64,000 nucleotides of DNA from Iphione sp. A-MEVVRFRX5 (taxonomy: Eukaryota), in the NCBI GenBank assembly GCA_976226885.1, contig OZ320313.1:7688001-7752000 (forward strand), written 5' to 3'. Shown one piece after another: positions 61,359 to 64,000 of the stretch. Below the pieces are notes generated by a model. The model ran no database searches, was not told the origin of the DNA, and saw only the letters and a program-made list of their open reading frames with translations. The position numbers were made by a program, and so were the translations under genes. Position 1 is the stretch's first letter. Each line of letters begins with the position of its first letter.

Positions 61359-63392
61359 ATGGCTCTCCACATCACCCTCCTCCTCCCTCTTTTCGTGGGT
61401 TCAGCATGTAGCCTATCTAATGTCCAATTTGTACCACAGGGATCTGTGTACGCTTCATATAGTTCATGGATTGTCACCCTGACGCTTGATATAAAGCCCT
61501 ATCAACTACACGTACGAAAAATCCACAAACAATTCACCAAATTACAGGCCAGTCTGAAACCTATTTTTGAATCAGACCTCAGTACTTTGCCCCAGGATGC
61601 GTCCATTGCCCTGGCGCATCTACGTGAATATGAATCGGCTTCAACTCAGGCTGAAGTAAGCCACTTCGAATCTGAATACCGTCATTTAAAGTTAATGTTA
61701 GATGGCGTTACCACCCTTTCTTCTGCGCCTGCCAACCGGAAAAGGCGCTCCCTATTGCCTTTTGTTGGGGACCTCTTGTCAAGCCTTTTTGGTACAGCGA
61801 GCCAAAGTGATATGGATCAGCTGCGGGAAGGGCTTATACGACTTGGGAAATCCCAGAATGGCATTGCACACGTTTTAGAACACAGTCTCACCCTTCTTAA
61901 CAAAACCCACCTCCAGGTGGCCCGTAATAGGCAGGTCATAAACCAATTATCCACCGGTCTCAAGCACCTTGACACACGGGTCGCTGAGGTAGTCTCTGAT
62001 TTACAACGCAGTGTGCACCCCTTCTTGCTTTACCAGCAAATGTCAAACAAACTCCAAACGACCTTCCGCATTATGCGCCAGTGTTTACATACTGGCTATC
62101 AATCTCTCCGCATGCTGACGTCAGATATACAAGAAGCTTTACAAGGTAGTCTCCCCACAACATTACTTGCACCCTCTGAACTCCGACAGTTGCTGCAAAA
62201 TGTCCAGCGAATAGCCCCTGAAGGCATGGATCTCCCAGTTGATCCGACCCGCAACATTCACTGGTACTATCAAAAGTTATCAACAACACTGTTAGCTGGG
62301 GAGGATGCAGTCCATGTCCTTACCGTTCTACCTCTCATACAGGCAGACTCATTATATACCCTGTACGAGGCAATCATGGTGCCTACACCCCATGTGACTA
62401 GGAAAGCAGTTGCTTCCTACAAACTTGAGGGTACCCACATAGCTGTTTCTGCTAGCGGCAATCATTATGTTATCCTTTCACATATGGATGCTCTTAAATG
62501 CACATCCAATGCTGGACACTGTTCCTTCTCTTACCCCGTGGCGTCTTTACTACAATTCCCTACATGTGTCTCATCCCTGTTCACAAAGAATAGCGCTAAC
62601 ATTGCCAAACATTGTCAACTGTGCATTGACAGGGATTATGGGTTCCCCACGGTTAAGCATCTATTCCAAGATAAATGGCTTATCTCTTCTGCAAAGCAAC
62701 TCTCCTTCCAAGTAAACTGTATGCAGGGACCGAGTGAAGGCTCCCTATCTGTGCTACGGGTGAGTGACCCGATACAAATGTTGCAACTAGGTCTGGGCTG
62801 TACGGGCTTTAACGACTATGTTACCCTACCTCCTTACTTCACCAGACAGTCATCCCATGCCGTGTCTCAGTTATTTGACCAGCACATATCTGAACTTGAC
62901 ACGCTCCCCAATATATGGAACTTTACTGCCTCGTCCCACCGGCAGGTCGATTTCAGCCCCGACATTGCCGACCAAATTCCCCACCTGCTTCCCAATGTCT
63001 CACACTTGCCCATTGCCTCCCTCCTTACTAAACTAGAGTCTCACCCCTGGTCCCTTCCCCCCAAACGCCCATCTAACCATACCCTCTTTTATGTTATAAT
63101 TGGCCTCATTGTGACCCTGGTACTAGGTTGTTCAGTACTGTTTTGCTATTTTGTACGAACTAAAAGATGTAAACGCTATGAGACCAGAAACAAAGTTTAT
63201 TATAGAAAGGGAACTGTTGACAGGGAGGAGGGAGTGTCGCTTCACCTTGCAGCTGCTGCGGATGCTGTCCCTCCGTCCCGCCAATCTGTTGCTGAGCCGC
63301 CGCCATCTCCACTGCCTTCGGAGGACGCCACAAGTTCTCCACATCCTGATGCTGCCGGTGCTCCAACACAACGCTCCTTCTGGCTCTCCTAG
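61359..63392 (+). CDS. env: Envelope glycoprotein, class I F-type (baculovirus F / errantivirus Env-like), intact, 677 aa
   Basis: Signal peptide; furin site RKRR followed by fusion peptide SLLPFVGDLLSSLFGTA; heptad region; Cys-rich ectodomain; TM helix LFYVIIGLIVTLVLGCSVLFCYFV; cytoplasmic tail. Confidence 0.93.
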   Translation: MALHITLLLPLFVGSACSLSNVQFVPQGSVYASYSSWIVTLTLDIKPYQLHVRKIHKQFTKLQASLKPIFESDLSTLPQDASIALAHLREYESASTQAEVSHFESEYRHLKLMLDGVTTLSSAPANRKRRSLLPFVGDLLSSLFGTASQSDMDQLREGLIRLGKSQNGIAHVLEHSLTLLNKTHLQVARNRQVINQLSTGLKHLDTRVAEVVSDLQRSVHPFLLYQQMSNKLQTTFRIMRQCLHTGYQSLRMLTSDIQEALQGSLPTTLLAPSELRQLLQNVQRIAPEGMDLPVDPTRNIHWYYQKLSTTLLAGEDAVHVLTVLPLIQADSLYTLYEAIMVPTPHVTRKAVASYKLEGTHIAVSASGNHYVILSHMDALKCTSNAGHCSFSYPVASLLQFPTCVSSLFTKNSANIAKHCQLCIDRDYGFPTVKHLFQDKWLISSAKQLSFQVNCMQGPSEGSLSVLRVSDPIQMLQLGLGCTGFNDYVTLPPYFTRQSSHAVSQLFDQHISELDTLPNIWNFTASSHRQVDFSPDIADQIPHLLPNVSHLPIASLLTKLESHPWSLPPKRPSNHTLFYVIIGLIVTLVLGCSVLFCYFVRTKRCKRYETRNKVYYRKGTVDREEGVSLHLAAAADAVPPSRQSVAEPPPSPLPSEDATSSPHPDAAGAPTQRSFWLS

Positions 63393-63643
63393 GCCCTCTT
63401 CATCCGCTGTCGTCTTCTCCATGTCATCACCTCCTTCTTCGCAGTGGCTGCTCCCCAGCGGGATGAGTAGCCGTTGCCACTTATGGTACACACGTAGCGG
63501 GTTTTGTCGACAGGATCCTGTAGACGGGTTATGGAAATTGATTTTTCATCCCCATCCAAGTCCGTCACCACGCATCTTCGTGTCTTCTTCCGCTGGCCAG
63601 CCAACCCTGCTGTGGCCGGCCTCTTCCGGGACATTGTCTCCAT
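63389..63643 (-). CDS. Candidate antisense accessory ORF (81-84 aa; frame open from 63925) with a bipartite NLS
   Basis: METMSRKRPATAGLAGQRKKTRR...; its TAG overlaps the env TAG in a CTAG palindrome. Confidence 0.45.
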   Translation of the reverse strand: METMSRKRPATAGLAGQRKKTRRCVVTDLDGDEKSISITRLQDPVDKTRYVCTISGNGYSSRWGAATAKKEVMTWRRRQRMKRA

Positions 63644-64000
63644 GCATGCGGGTACACCTCTGCACATGTAACGCATGTAACTTTTCGCTGATGTCTGGGC
63701 AGTCCAGCTATGCCATACATTGAAGCCTGTCAACCACCGCGGCTGGCCTCTTCTTCGGTTCATCTTGAGCCTGACAAGGGACTCGGGACGACCACCTCTT
63801 GCCAATTTCTTCGCCGCATTCTTCAATGAACATTTGTTCTTCATGATGGTGTTTTCAATGAACATTCTTCTTTCAGAGCATGCTGCTGGACACCAGACTG
63901 GCAATTTCTTCAACGAACATTCTTCTTATGATGATACCTCTTGAGGGACACTATTTCCTCCTGATGACATCTTGCATCTTCAATGAACAATGCCTCTTGA

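Larger units (their letters stand above)
50351..64000 (+). mobile_element. env-bearing Ty3/gypsy LTR retrotransposon (errantivirus-like endogenous retrovirus); 3' LTR outside the window
   Basis: LTR-PBS-gag-pol (PR-RT-RH-IN)-env order; all ORFs open apart from a nested LINE in the integrase. Confidence 0.95.

Noticed and set aside
63151-63723. 190-aa plus-strand ORF overlapping the env tail
   Set aside because: It overlaps env in another frame, has Ser/Pro/Leu-rich composition without motifs, and is best explained as a shadow of env and the antisense ORF.

Overview
Eukaryotic (invertebrate-like) genomic DNA, rich in repeats, with one assembly gap (24571-24787). One host gene is recognisable: a plus-strand TGF-beta-superfamily ligand (maverick/myostatin/activin-type prodomain). 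Five phase-consistent coding exons are in the window (19332-20002, 46272-46477, 47428-47565, 47919-48278, 49590-49790), intron 1 is 26 kb, and the mature domain lies beyond the window. Mobile elements dominate the rest. (1) An apparently full-length CR1-group non-LTR retrotransposon (~255-6425) with an SGNH-esterase-like ORF1, an intact endonuclease-RT ORF2 and two extra short ORFs. (2) A Penelope-type fragment with a minimal hammerhead ribozyme (8167-8210). (3) Several MITEs and minisatellites, one of which duplicates the exon-2 splice donor nine times. (4) From 50351 to the window end, a young env-bearing Ty3/gypsy endogenous retrovirus in sense orientation inside intron 5. It has a 5' LTR, a tRNA-His PBS, gag, a -1 frameshift signal with a predicted pseudoknot, pol, and an intact F-type env with its own splice acceptor. 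Its integrase is split by a second, antisense CR1-group LINE (55631-60327, 5-bp TSD CATGT). The most unusual signals are in this retrovirus: an antisense ORF with a nucleoplasmin-like bipartite NLS abutting env, and a foamy-virus-like GYNLRPR motif in the integrase tail. All calls come from reading the sequence; no database searches or folding programs were run.
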